From assembly GCA_019638185.1 (NCBI GenBank), contig JAHBUH010000005.1, positions 61,300 to 125,299 of the forward strand: 64,000 nt of DNA. Direction: 5' to 3'. The DNA is from Leadbetterella sp. GTDB lineage: Bacteria > Bacteroidota > Bacteroidia > Cytophagales > Spirosomataceae. Each line of letters opens with the position of its first letter. Positions within the stretch are counted from its first letter, which is position 1. Under the pieces are notes generated by a model. It did no database searches, was not told the origin of the DNA, and was given only the letters and a program-made list of their open reading frames with translations. Positions 26,410-35,552 of this stretch are shown one piece after another. A program made the translations under genes and the position numbers.

Positions 26410-26952
26410 TCATGGTCGTCCTGGATTCATAGGATCATAAATATAAAATCGAATATTAGGGTTAGACTTAGTCCCATTCGGATAATATAATAGTTTCTTA
26501 TCTTTCTTTTTTATAGAGTAATATGGTCTAACAGGTTCAAAATCATTGGCCAATTCTTTGACGGTTCCTCCGCTTCTAATTACAGATATTAACTCCACAT
26601 CACTATAATATTTTGAACCCCAAAATTTGTGAAATAGCAATCCTCTTCCAATAGAACTAGGTCCTGAATTTCTATTTACTGTTAATCCTTCTTCATAAAA
26701 AGTTTGTATAAAAAAATTGACATTTTTAATTTTCAAAGAGTCTTTAAAATTAGCATTTACATAAAACGAGTCTACTAAAGCTATTAAGTCCAAATTGTCT
26801 TTCGGTGGATGATTAATAACATAGTAATGTACAACCTTTGTACTGTCGTAATCTGCCCACCTGAGCTTAAAAATTTCTGCTTGTTTTTCTTTGCAGCTTA
26901 AACTAGTTAACACCACTATAAAAATGAATAGTATATTTCTAATAATTTCCAT
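26410..26952 (-). CDS. Putative cognate immunity lipoprotein of the 2276-aa toxin
   Basis: 180 aa, lipobox SLSC, AT-rich, start overlaps the toxin stop by 14 nt. Confidence 0.7.
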   Translation of the reverse strand: MEIIRNILFIFIVVLTSLSCKEKQAEIFKLRWADYDSTKVVHYYVINHPPKDNLDLIALVDSFYVNANFKDSLKIKNVNFFIQTFYEEGLTVNRNSGPSSIGRGLLFHKFWGSKYYSDVELISVIRSGGTVKELANDFEPVRPYYSIKKKDKKLLYYPNGTKSNPNIRFYIYDPMNPGRP

Positions 26953-29900
26953 TGATAGTTTCGTTAAATTTTATAACTGTAATAAATGGCATTTTGCAAT
27001 GTTTTTTTGAGTGCTGCAATATAAACCATGAACGAAAACCACTCATCTGTGAGAATAATAATTTTTCTTTAGGATCAATATCTAATGAATCGAGTCCAAA
27101 ATGGTCAAATATTTCAATATCAAAGGATGCCGTATAGGATCTATTGTCTTTATTTAGAATAAATTTTGTTAAATTAATACCATATCCCCAGGTATCGTTA
27201 ACTGCTATACCTAATCCTGTAAATTTGTCATCCCAAGTTGGAGATGGAATATCTTCTCTCCTCAGGGGGTCTCCTATAGGTCTAGGATTACCGACTTCAT
27301 ATGTTATAACTCCCTTATTTTTAATAAATTCTTCATCATTTTTAAGTTTAAATTCAAGATTTTGTTTTATTCTATTTATAAATAATCTAGTATTCTGATG
27401 CGTTTTACCTGCTTCTGTTAAATCTGGATTAGAATATTCTCCACCTACGCCAGAAATAAACTTATCAACCATTGCAAAGTTATTTTCAAATAAATTAATT
27501 GACATAGGAGCAATCATTATTTTCCACGCACCTATTAACTCTCTTTCCGATAAGCCCAACTCTTCTCTAGTCTTATAATTTAATTGTATAATCTCCTCAT
27601 CTTCCATATCACAGCTCATCATGTCATGGTGTGGGCCGGTATTATCATGATTCATACCTTTTTTATGAAACGACCGGGCTATCAGGTAAGGTGTAAAGCT
27701 CTTATCATAAATCTCCTGAGGCAGAAAGCCCTCTTTGCACAGGCTGGTACAGGCAGTGCTGCCCTGCCTCTGTTCCGCATATCCGCTGGGGGTGCAGGGT
27801 GTTATTCCTTCCCGGTAAAAACCGGCAAAAGCATTGTGATTGTCTTTTTCAAAATACACGGAGTATTCTCCTTCCCACCATTTATCAGCTTGGTTAGTGG
27901 TTTTCACCTTTATTTTAGTAGGACTTAAAACGGTAATGGTTACCCCGTCTTTAGGTGTAAAAGTGTAGGCTCGGGTATGAGGGTATTTTCTTACGGTAAA
28001 CGGTTGCTCTCCACCTACTCGGGCACCGGCAATAGCCACCACCGCCACTTCACCCACCGATTCTACTTCCACCAGTCCCGACAGTTCCTTACTAACCTTA
28101 GCTTGGGTAGTGGCGGTATTGTTTCTGCCGTCTTTTACTATTACAGAGTAGGTGCCGTCCGGCAGGTTATTAAACACATTGTTTTCATGAAATGTGCTGC
28201 CGCCGTCTATACTGTATTGGTAGGGTGGTGTACCACAACCGGCATATACGGTAATAGAATTAGTAGTACCGGAAACACAATTTTCATAAGTCAAGGAAGT
28301 AGAAATCTCAAGCGGGTGGTCATTTTCTAAGGTTACTTCCTTAACCCCCACGCATCCCGAAGCGTCAGACACTGTAATAGTATAAGTTCCCGGGCTGACA
28401 TTTTCAAAATAAGGGGACGTTTGCGATTGCTGGTTATTTAGTTTATATGTATAGGGCTCCTCTCCATCCAGCGGTATAACGGTAATGGTGTTAGTCTTTT
28501 GCCCTGGGATACAATTAGCGTACGCTATTGAAGTATCAAAATCAAGAGTTTTACTATCTTCCACCACTGCCACTGCACTCGCCGTACAGTTAAACGCATC
28601 TTTCACAGTTACGGTATAGTTACCGGCATCCAGGTTCTCAAAGACCGGGGAGTCCTGGAAATCTAGGCCGTTGATACTGTACCGGTAGGGCGGATTTCCA
28701 CCGGTAACCGTAACGGTTATCTTACCATTGGCTCCGCAGGCTGCGTTTTGCACGGCAGGTATTACGATAGGAGGATCGAATGGATGATAGGTAAAGCTGG
28801 CCGTGCAGCCGTTTTTATCTCTTACTGACACGGTCATATCTGTGTTTTCCAGGTTATTGAAAACACTCATGTTTCCGGTATAAGTATCCTTTCGTGTGGA
28901 TACGATATACGTGTAAGGCAACTGTCCCCCCTGTGGGCTTAAACTTACATTTACGCGAGTTGCAGGGTTATCGTTGCAAGCCGCATTTTCCCCGGAATCG
29001 GTGTATACCTGTCCGGTCAGAGTTAGCACCGGAATGTCAGGTAAGGTGATTTGTTGCGATACAGAACAGCCTTCATTTTCAACCTCTACTTTAATAAAAT
29101 GTGTTCCGGGGCCTGCATTAATGTCCATATTTACACCACCTGAACCGCTCTTCTTTGCTACCTGCTTATCATTGAGGTAAAACGTGTAATTAAAATATTT
29201 AGGGTTATATATTCCATCATCACCGTTTTTCATGATGAGCTGATTTTCTACATTGATATGAATAATTGAGTTTGAAGAGCCACAGATTATCCGTGGAGGA
29301 GAAACCGTAAGAGCTAAGGTGTTAGTTGTGATTTCAACTTCATTATTCTCATATTTAGATGTTTCCAGTTTACATTCATTAGCATCAATGCCTGATATTT
29401 TGTACCGGCCGCTCGATAAGCCATCGATGGTTATATTTCTTTTTTCAATAGTTTTTGAATATCTGTAACCATTGTCAGATTCTATGTTTAAAGTTAGTGG
29501 TAGTTTGGCATAGGGGAATTCAAGTTCCAATGACGCTGGTTTACAAATATGTTTTTTGACCCTTACATTCACAATGGAGTTTTTTTCAAAATATTTGATA
29601 GCAGTATAAGATGGAAAAAGTCCCCGGCTGTATTCTTTGTTCCATTCCTCAGAGGTTACTGTTTCAATTCGTACGGGAGCTCCTTTATTTTTTATTTTTA
29701 CCAGATACTCATGCCCCTGAACAAACAACACTTTTTCACGTACTGTACCCATACTGTCTTTAACTTTTATCGCAAATGAATGACTTTTGATTTTTTTATC
29801 GATCAGGTAGTTTTGGAGACCGGTTATCTTATTATGTGTTTGCCAGGAATCATCTTGATAATTATATGTATAAGGCTCCTTTCCACAAATAGGTGTGATA

Positions 29901-32900
29901 TAAACGGTATTTTCACAATCGTAAAATTTAGAGATGTTAAAGTCCAGGGAGGTGGTACGCCTAACTTCTACCGTTTTCGGTGAGCTCTTACATCCATTAG
30001 CATCGGATACTGAAATAGTATAGGTGCCGGTAACCAGATCTGAAAGTTCTAACGATGCTTCATCGGAAGTGTATTCTGAAGTAGTACCGTTAGCCCCTGT
30101 AAGATAATAGGTAAACGGGGCTATACCTGAGGCTTTAAGACGGATTACATCCACTTCACTACATCGTTTAGTTGACTCTACTTCCAGTTTCGGTTCAAAA
30201 GGCTCAAACCGGCACCATTTACCTGATTGAAAATCATAACTGTACCATTGGTTACCGGTAGTTCTTGCAATCGTGTATTTAAATCCTATTTTCCAGTATT
30301 CTGTTCCACTGTCTTCATAATACATATCTCCGTTTGGAGCCATTTGGACCATAATATTTTTATATGATTTATCGATCTGATACATCAGCATATCCAATGA
30401 TTCATAGTTTGCAGAATTATTTTTTAACGTTTCCAGGTAACACTTGGGTATTTCTTCATGGGTTGCAAAGCAGTTTTCATCACCAGGGGTCAATCGGGGA
30501 ATCACCATTATCATTACTACCTCCGGTGGAGATAATTCTTCAAAAGTGGTGTCGGGAAGGAAATGGTAGGTGCTATCATTATATATTCCTTCTTTAGTGG
30601 CCGGTTTAATTTTTTTCTCCCTGACATTACCACAAAACATCCATTTATGTAATCGAACTTTTTTGCAGTGTAGTAATCGTCGCAAACTATAGCTGACCTC
30701 ATATTGATTACAGTTATTTTGAGCCCATACTAAACAGGTATTGTAGTCAAAATTACATAAAGGAAAAGGAGATGGCACATTCATTTTATAATACATTTCA
30801 CCGGGTAATGCACTGTTTATGGTGGGTTCCGTTTCATTGTTTTGTATGCAGATATCCTTTTCAATATCTTTTAATGGACTCCCGGTACCTACTCCTGAGC
30901 CTGAATTATTTCCGTTTGAGGTATTTTCGTCCTTTTCCTTGCAATCCAATACCCGAGTGACAGATATTAATCTGGCATCATCTATAGAGCAATTCTGATA
31001 GAGGTACTTATCATAAGTAGGTCTAAGGCAATTGCCATCTAATGGATGCACACCTGACTCAAGCAGTGTTATTACTGTTAAACCCTTTGGGTCCCAGAGA
31101 GTTGGCCAGGAAGTACACCCCACATTAAATACACATGAACCTTTGTAATAACAATCCTGAACCGCTAATTCATTTGAGGTCAATATCTGGCTTATTCCTG
31201 AGGAGCTTGCAGATACCAGAGCAAATATTGCTGTATTAGCTAGTGAAAAGAGTTTTTTGCCTTTATCAAAAGCGGTTACTTTGATTATACTATTGGTAGG
31301 TTCATTTATGATTAAATAATTTTTTTCGGTATAGATTACGACTGTAAAGCCATCATTCTTGGTATATTCAATTTTGTATGATTTATGCTCTTTATTCTTG
31401 TCCCATATGATTTTATAACTTAGACTGTCATTTTCCATGACCATCAAATTTTCAATGGGTGGAAAAGCTGACTTCAAAGTAGTGAACTCCTTAGGCCCAA
31501 AGTTATCCTCTGATTTTTCAGCTATTCCTTTGATGGTAAAATTATAAGTGCTGTTTTGGGTCAGCTCACCCAGCAGGAGTGTAGGCTTAGTCACCTCTTT
31601 CACCACTACTCCCTGCTCTTCCGTCTGATAACTTACCAGATATTTTGTAAATCTTTTATCCCCCTTCCAGGTAATGGTAGCTTCGGAGTCGGTTATGTTT
31701 TTCACCACCACATCCATGATTTTGGGTAAATCATCGGTAGGCTCTTTGCGTTTTTCGATGTCCGCTTTAATTTTCTCTGTGATGGCCTTTATCTCCATTT
31801 TCCACTCCCGGTTTTCCGGGCAGCCGGGTCCGCTTTCTAGAGTAGCGATATTGGCCTCCAGTACATGGATCAGGGGCTGAGTGCGGCTAAGTACTTCATC
31901 ACCTTCCATATCCAGTTCGTCGTACAGGTCAGCTACCTCCTGAGCCCACTCCTGCAGCCCCTGCCGGGCCAGCAGGTGCTTTTGCAGCAGGCTTTGCCGC
32001 GCCTCATCGGTAACGGCTTTCCCTTCACAAAGGTCTTTCCCGGTAGTGCTGAGCTCTTCACTCAGCTGTGTAATCACCTGGTCCCGGCTGACGTAGATAC
32101 TGGCAGAATCAGTACGGGTTCTCACCGTGTGGATCAGGTCTGTTTCTTCCTGCCGGATTTGCCCGGAAGTGAGACCGTTCCTCACCCGGAAATAGCCGTT
32201 TACGTGCGTTACACAGCCGCCGTTTTGATCCGGGCTCTGGCGCCGGATCTCTACATTACTGAACTCCACCGGCATTTTATGGTCATCCAGGAAAGGCATC
32301 TTTACCAGCCCCTTTCCGCTGAAGATATTATTTCCGCCTGATACCTGTGTGAGCACTACCAGGTAGTCATAGATGGTTACCAGGTCACCGGCTTTGAGGG
32401 CGAGTAAATCCAGACTCCCCTGGATCACATGGCCTTCAGGATGCTGGTCAGAGCATTCCTCATAACTGTGCAGCTGGGAGTAACAGGGTATGCGGGTGGG
32501 GTCTGAAGGAATGAGGTCCTCAAAAGTCTGTGGCAGAGGCGCTGTACTCATGGTCTGAGCTCCGGGGTTTCCGGAGGAGGCTACGGGCTGACTAAGCGGA
32601 TTTAGTACCCGTTCCCGGAGCTGCTCCAGTTCCTGGTCTGCCGGGCCTTCGGCCTGCCAGGTGACCATCTCTGATTCGGGGCTTTCATTTCCGATCTCAC
32701 AGACTGTAATTACCTTAAATTCATAATCCAGTTCCGGGTTCAGACTCACCAGGCTCACTCGGGTGCCCAGGGTGGTTTGCTCTGTCCAGCCGGTCTGGTT
32801 TTCGGAGCGGTACAGCAGCTTATAGCCGGTGGCTTGTGCATAGACATTCCAGGATATATTCAGCCTTCCGGGTGCTACGGCGTTCACCTGCAGGCCGGTA

Positions 32901-33769
32901 GGCGGCTTACATGCCTCTCCAAACCGGAACCAGGTTACTTCACTGAAGCCCTGGTTCTGAAATTCAAGGTTAGCGCTCAGGTCTTCTACCTGGACCTGGA
33001 AAGCATAGCGTTTTCCTACTTTCAGGGGCAGGTCAGAGGCTTTGAGTTGGTAGCTGGTGCCGCGCTGGGGTGGGATTTCAAAGCAGGTCTGGCTGGAGGT
33101 GATGGCCGCACTGGGGTTTTCATCTTCGGCCACTTCACATACTTTTCCACGGTAGCTGATGAGGTTAGATCCGGTGGCGGTGTGGCGGGGCATCCACTGC
33201 AGCAACACGCTCTGGGGGCGGGTAACGGGCTGCTCCGAGCCTATGAGGGGCAGGTTAATGACCGGCGGGAGGGCGTAGGCCACGGAAAAGAAGGTTTCGG
33301 CGGTGTTAGAGACCTGCCGGCCGGTACCGGCTTCATAAGCTGTAACTTTAAAGGTATAGAACCCTTCGGGGAGCTTACCGTTAAACAGGGTATTTTCACT
33401 GACCCCTGAAGTGGCCAGTATGCCCGGCCGGAAGTAATCCCGCAGGTCTGTACCCCTGAGGCTGCGGCGGGAGCCTTTGGTAAGTGTAATATAATCCGGC
33501 GCTACATAGCCCGGCACGCTGCCGGCTTCTATTCCCAGGCCTACTCCTGTAATCTGCCAGCCCAGGTAAACATCCACAGTGCTTTTAGTGAGGTCTTTTA
33601 GAATAAGGTCAAGGCTCAGTACCTGGCTGTTACTGAAGTACTCGGGCAGCTTCAGGCTCGCTTTTTGAACAAAGACATGGGCCTGCACCGGGTAGTTGTC
33701 GCCGGTCAGCTGGGCATACCCCCGGATGGAGAGTACTAAAATCGTAAAGAGTGTAAATATTTTTTTCAT
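26939..33769 (-). CDS. Large secreted polymorphic-toxin-like protein: signal peptide, TANFOR-like domain, FN3, SprB-like repeats, DUF3289-like tip
   Basis: 2276 aa; NYPVQ...LPEGFYTFKVTAYE N-terminus; FN3 (CKPPTGL...LNISW...YEFKV); GGxPPYxYS...YTVTVKD repeats; tip NDTWGY...IFDHFGLD...GFRSWFILQH...PFIT; no PNP/YPNP CTD. Confidence 0.8.
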   Translation of the reverse strand: MKKIFTLFTILVLSIRGYAQLTGDNYPVQAHVFVQKASLKLPEYFSNSQVLSLDLILKDLTKSTVDVYLGWQITGVGLGIEAGSVPGYVAPDYITLTKGSRRSLRGTDLRDYFRPGILATSGVSENTLFNGKLPEGFYTFKVTAYEAGTGRQVSNTAETFFSVAYALPPVINLPLIGSEQPVTRPQSVLLQWMPRHTATGSNLISYRGKVCEVAEDENPSAAITSSQTCFEIPPQRGTSYQLKASDLPLKVGKRYAFQVQVEDLSANLEFQNQGFSEVTWFRFGEACKPPTGLQVNAVAPGRLNISWNVYAQATGYKLLYRSENQTGWTEQTTLGTRVSLVSLNPELDYEFKVITVCEIGNESPESEMVTWQAEGPADQELEQLRERVLNPLSQPVASSGNPGAQTMSTAPLPQTFEDLIPSDPTRIPCYSQLHSYEECSDQHPEGHVIQGSLDLLALKAGDLVTIYDYLVVLTQVSGGNNIFSGKGLVKMPFLDDHKMPVEFSNVEIRRQSPDQNGGCVTHVNGYFRVRNGLTSGQIRQEETDLIHTVRTRTDSASIYVSRDQVITQLSEELSTTGKDLCEGKAVTDEARQSLLQKHLLARQGLQEWAQEVADLYDELDMEGDEVLSRTQPLIHVLEANIATLESGPGCPENREWKMEIKAITEKIKADIEKRKEPTDDLPKIMDVVVKNITDSEATITWKGDKRFTKYLVSYQTEEQGVVVKEVTKPTLLLGELTQNSTYNFTIKGIAEKSEDNFGPKEFTTLKSAFPPIENLMVMENDSLSYKIIWDKNKEHKSYKIEYTKNDGFTVVIYTEKNYLIINEPTNSIIKVTAFDKGKKLFSLANTAIFALVSASSSGISQILTSNELAVQDCYYKGSCVFNVGCTSWPTLWDPKGLTVITLLESGVHPLDGNCLRPTYDKYLYQNCSIDDARLISVTRVLDCKEKDENTSNGNNSGSGVGTGSPLKDIEKDICIQNNETEPTINSALPGEMYYKMNVPSPFPLCNFDYNTCLVWAQNNCNQYEVSYSLRRLLHCKKVRLHKWMFCGNVREKKIKPATKEGIYNDSTYHFLPDTTFEELSPPEVVMIMVIPRLTPGDENCFATHEEIPKCYLETLKNNSANYESLDMLMYQIDKSYKNIMVQMAPNGDMYYEDSGTEYWKIGFKYTIARTTGNQWYSYDFQSGKWCRFEPFEPKLEVESTKRCSEVDVIRLKASGIAPFTYYLTGANGTTSEYTSDEASLELSDLVTGTYTISVSDANGCKSSPKTVEVRRTTSLDFNISKFYDCENTVYITPICGKEPYTYNYQDDSWQTHNKITGLQNYLIDKKIKSHSFAIKVKDSMGTVREKVLFVQGHEYLVKIKNKGAPVRIETVTSEEWNKEYSRGLFPSYTAIKYFEKNSIVNVRVKKHICKPASLELEFPYAKLPLTLNIESDNGYRYSKTIEKRNITIDGLSSGRYKISGIDANECKLETSKYENNEVEITTNTLALTVSPPRIICGSSNSIIHINVENQLIMKNGDDGIYNPKYFNYTFYLNDKQVAKKSGSGGVNMDINAGPGTHFIKVEVENEGCSVSQQITLPDIPVLTLTGQVYTDSGENAACNDNPATRVNVSLSPQGGQLPYTYIVSTRKDTYTGNMSVFNNLENTDMTVSVRDKNGCTASFTYHPFDPPIVIPAVQNAACGANGKITVTVTGGNPPYRYSINGLDFQDSPVFENLDAGNYTVTVKDAFNCTASAVAVVEDSKTLDFDTSIAYANCIPGQKTNTITVIPLDGEEPYTYKLNNQQSQTSPYFENVSPGTYTITVSDASGCVGVKEVTLENDHPLEISTSLTYENCVSGTTNSITVYAGCGTPPYQYSIDGGSTFHENNVFNNLPDGTYSVIVKDGRNNTATTQAKVSKELSGLVEVESVGEVAVVAIAGARVGGEQPFTVRKYPHTRAYTFTPKDGVTITVLSPTKIKVKTTNQADKWWEGEYSVYFEKDNHNAFAGFYREGITPCTPSGYAEQRQGSTACTSLCKEGFLPQEIYDKSFTPYLIARSFHKKGMNHDNTGPHHDMMSCDMEDEEIIQLNYKTREELGLSERELIGAWKIMIAPMSINLFENNFAMVDKFISGVGGEYSNPDLTEAGKTHQNTRLFINRIKQNLEFKLKNDEEFIKNKGVITYEVGNPRPIGDPLRREDIPSPTWDDKFTGLGIAVNDTWGYGINLTKFILNKDNRSYTASFDIEIFDHFGLDSLDIDPKEKLLFSQMSGFRSWFILQHSKKHCKMPFITVIKFNETINGNY

Positions 33770-33778
33770 AACTTAACC

Positions 33779-35548
33779 TTACCTGTTCACTTTTAGGGAT
33801 TTATTCAGGACATTGAAATTATATACATAACCCAGGGTAAAGGTATATTCCGTGAAATCCGGAATCATCCGCGTGGTACTTCGGGCTTTGCGATCCAGCA
33901 CTACGGCATCAAAACGTATCCGGTGGTTATCCGGCAGCGTATAGATGAGCCCGTATCGCAGGTTAATGATACTTTCTTTCACCTCCGGCATCCGGCCCAG
34001 GGTATACATCGTATTCAGCTGGTTATTGACTTTTCCAAAAGTCTTGGTAAGCACCAATGAGGGGCCAAACTGCCGGTCAGGCATACCCGCAAAGTAGCTG
34101 TCACTGTAAAACAGGGCCGTAGACAGGCTCATTTTTTGTTTTTGCAGCTCCAGGGTATAATCCAGGCTGGCATTGGTCATGTTATTGGCCGCTTTCTGGT
34201 TTCCGTTCTGATCCTGGCCCCGCTGAAACAGCCCCATGACACTGAGGCTCCGGCTGAGGTTTTCGTTATCGGATGGAATCCGCCACGACAGCGCGGTTTG
34301 CAGGTTACTGTTGATCTGGCGGAAAGCCAGCGTATCAAGGTAATTGTAAGGGGTGGCCTGCGCGAGATAAGCAAAATTGGACTGGGTATTGGAAAAACTG
34401 GTAAAATTGGAATACGACAGGTTAACGTTTATGTTCTCGTGGGGTACCAGCACCAGGTTAGCACTGCCCACCCAGCGGTTCAGGGTCTTCAGTTTTTGTT
34501 TGTCCACATTGTCGCGCTGCATCCCCAGGTTAGCACTCAGGGTAACTTTTCCCTGCATAAATACGGAAGAGTAACGCCCGGAAAAGGTTTCGAGGTCATT
34601 GGTAAAAAAGTAAGCGCCCAGCGTACGGTATCCGGGCGGCACACGGGTGTATTCTGCTCCCAGGTTAAAGGTCTTTCCATTATAATTGATAAAGCCCTTG
34701 TAAGCCCCCAGGTACTGCGTGGTGGTTTTAGGAGTCAGGGTGCCCAGGAAAGTAGGTTTACGGCTGCCCGGGCGGTCATCGGCCCGAAGGTCCGTGGTAA
34801 TGCCGGACCAGGCGGTTTCTCCCCCTATGGTCAGGAAGTTAAACAGCCCTTTTTCCAGCTTCAGCGATACCACCGAGTTTTCCATGGGTGGAATGCCCAG
34901 GCTGTCCAGGTTATAGGGAAGGGAATGGAGCTTATCTTTAGCGGTAAAGAATATGATTTCAGCTTTATCCTGTTTTTTTCGATAGCCGGCCATCACGCCC
35001 CAGCCGGTACGTTTGTAAGAGGGCATATTGTTCCTGACGGTATTGTGTACATCTACCCGCACGGCCCGCATCAGGTTACCGGTCATGGCTGCTACATAAA
35101 AGGGCATTTTGGCCGGTTTATATTCCACACCCACACCGTCAAAGCGATGCCCGGCCAGCGTATACGGCGAAAAATTCATGGAAGCCGTGCCCAGGTGGAG
35201 GGTAAGGCCCTTATAGGTGGGCCGCATGATGAGCCGGTTCAGGGGCTGGGCAAACCGGTAGTTACGGTCAAAGGGGTGCGAAAAGTTAATGTTCTGGTTG
35301 GATAAGCTGAAGGCCACCGGCATTTTTACCTTTCCGAATAAGTCCATGGTGAGGCTGCCCGTAAAGAGGGTATTAAACGGGATGCTCCGGTTTTCCAGGC
35401 CGGTGGTGTTATAGGAAGTAAAGTTAGCTCCTGCCATTCCGTTTACTTTTATACCTGCCCTTTTCAGGTGATCAGTTTCCTGTTTCACCTGCCCGGATAC
35501 TGCACCGGCCAGAAACAAAAACATACTGGTAATCAGTTTTCTTTTCAT
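33779..35548 (-). CDS. Putative outer-membrane beta-barrel of the toxin module
   Basis: 589 aa, signal peptide, alternating amphipathic strands, YTRVPPGYRTLGAYFFTND motif, beta-signal-like FTLGYVYNF near the end. Confidence 0.7.
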   Translation of the reverse strand: MKRKLITSMFLFLAGAVSGQVKQETDHLKRAGIKVNGMAGANFTSYNTTGLENRSIPFNTLFTGSLTMDLFGKVKMPVAFSLSNQNINFSHPFDRNYRFAQPLNRLIMRPTYKGLTLHLGTASMNFSPYTLAGHRFDGVGVEYKPAKMPFYVAAMTGNLMRAVRVDVHNTVRNNMPSYKRTGWGVMAGYRKKQDKAEIIFFTAKDKLHSLPYNLDSLGIPPMENSVVSLKLEKGLFNFLTIGGETAWSGITTDLRADDRPGSRKPTFLGTLTPKTTTQYLGAYKGFINYNGKTFNLGAEYTRVPPGYRTLGAYFFTNDLETFSGRYSSVFMQGKVTLSANLGMQRDNVDKQKLKTLNRWVGSANLVLVPHENINVNLSYSNFTSFSNTQSNFAYLAQATPYNYLDTLAFRQINSNLQTALSWRIPSDNENLSRSLSVMGLFQRGQDQNGNQKAANNMTNASLDYTLELQKQKMSLSTALFYSDSYFAGMPDRQFGPSLVLTKTFGKVNNQLNTMYTLGRMPEVKESIINLRYGLIYTLPDNHRIRFDAVVLDRKARSTTRMIPDFTEYTFTLGYVYNFNVLNKSLKVNR

Positions 35549-35552
35549 GGCT

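Noticed and set aside
26939-33769. Rhs, CdiA, or T6SS/T7SS effector assignment
   Set aside because: No YD repeats or DPxG cleavage motif, no TPS/haemagglutinin repeats or VENN, no PAAR/VgrG/LXG/WXG100 features seen
34136-35305. 389-aa plus-strand ORF
   Set aside because: Antisense to the barrel gene; no signal or family motif
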